A DNA stretch of 64,000 bases from the NCBI GenBank assembly GCA_051362555.1, contig CM120640.1, forward strand, positions 21,700,001 through 21,764,000, read 5' to 3'. Positions 62,869-64,000 of this stretch are shown one piece after another; the stretch's first letter is position 1, and each line of letters begins with the position of its first letter. This DNA comes from Lingula anatina (lineage: Eukaryota; Animalia; Brachiopoda). Made by a program: the position numbers and the translations under genes. The notes beneath the pieces are model-generated. The model searched no databases. It was not told where the DNA came from and was given only the letters and a program-made list of their open reading frames with translations.

Positions 62869-64000
62869 ATACATCAAGTGTCCATCATGTTGAACCTCAG
62901 ACAGTGCTAACCTATGTACATACAATATACAGCTGTATATAAACCCACCTCCTGGAAAACGGCAGAGAATAAGTGTAGTATACAAAAGTGTTGTGTTTAA
63001 GTCAGCTACGATTTGTAATTCAACTGACCCAATTATCCTGTATAAAGGAAGAAAAATTAAGTTGTTTCACTGTTTACCCAAGGACAACTTGCCCTAGCTC
63101 CAAAGGTTTAGTGTGCATATACTACTTATGAATGTTTGTTTTGTAGGATCAGAGTTTAAAATGTAAAGATAGGAAGTGGAAGCAGTTGCTGAAAGCAAGG
63201 TCCTTGAATTTAATACTATCATAATTATTCTTGTCTGACTTAATAAAGGAGCTGACAATGAAATTGGAGGATGTAAATAGAAAGAATCTTGCAATGTGAA
63301 TATTTTTATACAGACCATGTATTTTAGCAAATTTATAACTTTTTAGATACAGAAAATGTATTTAAATATTGATAAAATGTTAATGAGTTCTTAGAAAACT
63401 TTTATTGATTCCATGATGCTTACTGAAAAAGTTTTAATCAAATTTGATTATGTCTTAGACTATTAAATCTCTCGTAACTCTTTGGGGACCAAGACCATGT
63501 GATACTATGTATCTCTAAAATTGTTTTTATTTCCACTTGCAACAGCAAAATGCACCTTTTCAAAACACTTGTAGAATTTGTTTTGCAAAGTTCTATGAAT
63601 ATGCATTCCAGAAAAAAATTCATTTGGGAAACTTGTTTTTATATTGAAAGAAATATTGTAAATATTTCTTCTACATATATTAGTGTGTATCATCTACATC
63701 TTTAACAACAATGCTAGTGTTTGAATTAGGTTGTAGCTTTTCTTACATTTTGTGAATTTATATAGAATTCTGTATGTAAGATTTTGTGCATAGCAACCTT
63801 TGCATTTAGCCTAGTTGAAATGCTTTTTAGTATGGATGTAATTGTTTATAACTATTTTAATGCCTTCTGTTGAGTACATTGTTAACTATACTAGTTTTTA
63901 TATACTGAGTATAATCTCCATTATCTCTAAAGAGGCATTTTAAAAGAAATTAAAGCCATTATGAACTGAATAAATGAACACTCATACTTAATATCAGTCT

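Overview
AT-rich, intron-containing animal genomic DNA, probably a lophotrochozoan such as a mollusc (inferred from gene content and Helentron/pearl-type repeats). Six protein-coding genes can be built by hand from splice sites: (1) the 3' end of a spectraplakin (MACF1/dystonin/Shot; +, <1-6096); (2) TMEM53 (-, 8133-9521); (3) full-length ERCC6L2 with Tudor, SNF2 ATPase, VIGSSK and HEBO regions (+, ~10739-23407); (4) a 29-exon, ~1656-aa receptor tyrosine phosphatase with an unusual EGF-kringle-EGFx3-Ig-FN3 ectodomain, an intact D1, a degenerate D2 and a YANFK tail (-, 24982-49244); (5) an orphan two-hydrophobic-segment membrane protein ending in a PDZ-type ligand (-, 51436-52068); (6) an 8-exon tetraspanin (+, 60342-62868). 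Repeats include a 2.2-kb Helentron-type non-autonomous element, a 2-kb TIR element carrying a templated 340-bp inverted insertion, two copies of a 5-bp-TSD MITE, a small MITE with 16-bp subrepeats and a 5'-truncated LINE. The most striking structure is a 46-bp tandem array that copies the phosphatase's catalytic-cysteine codons together with their 5' splice site, giving seven CAG|GTAAGT junctions. All gene models are manual and have no transcript support.
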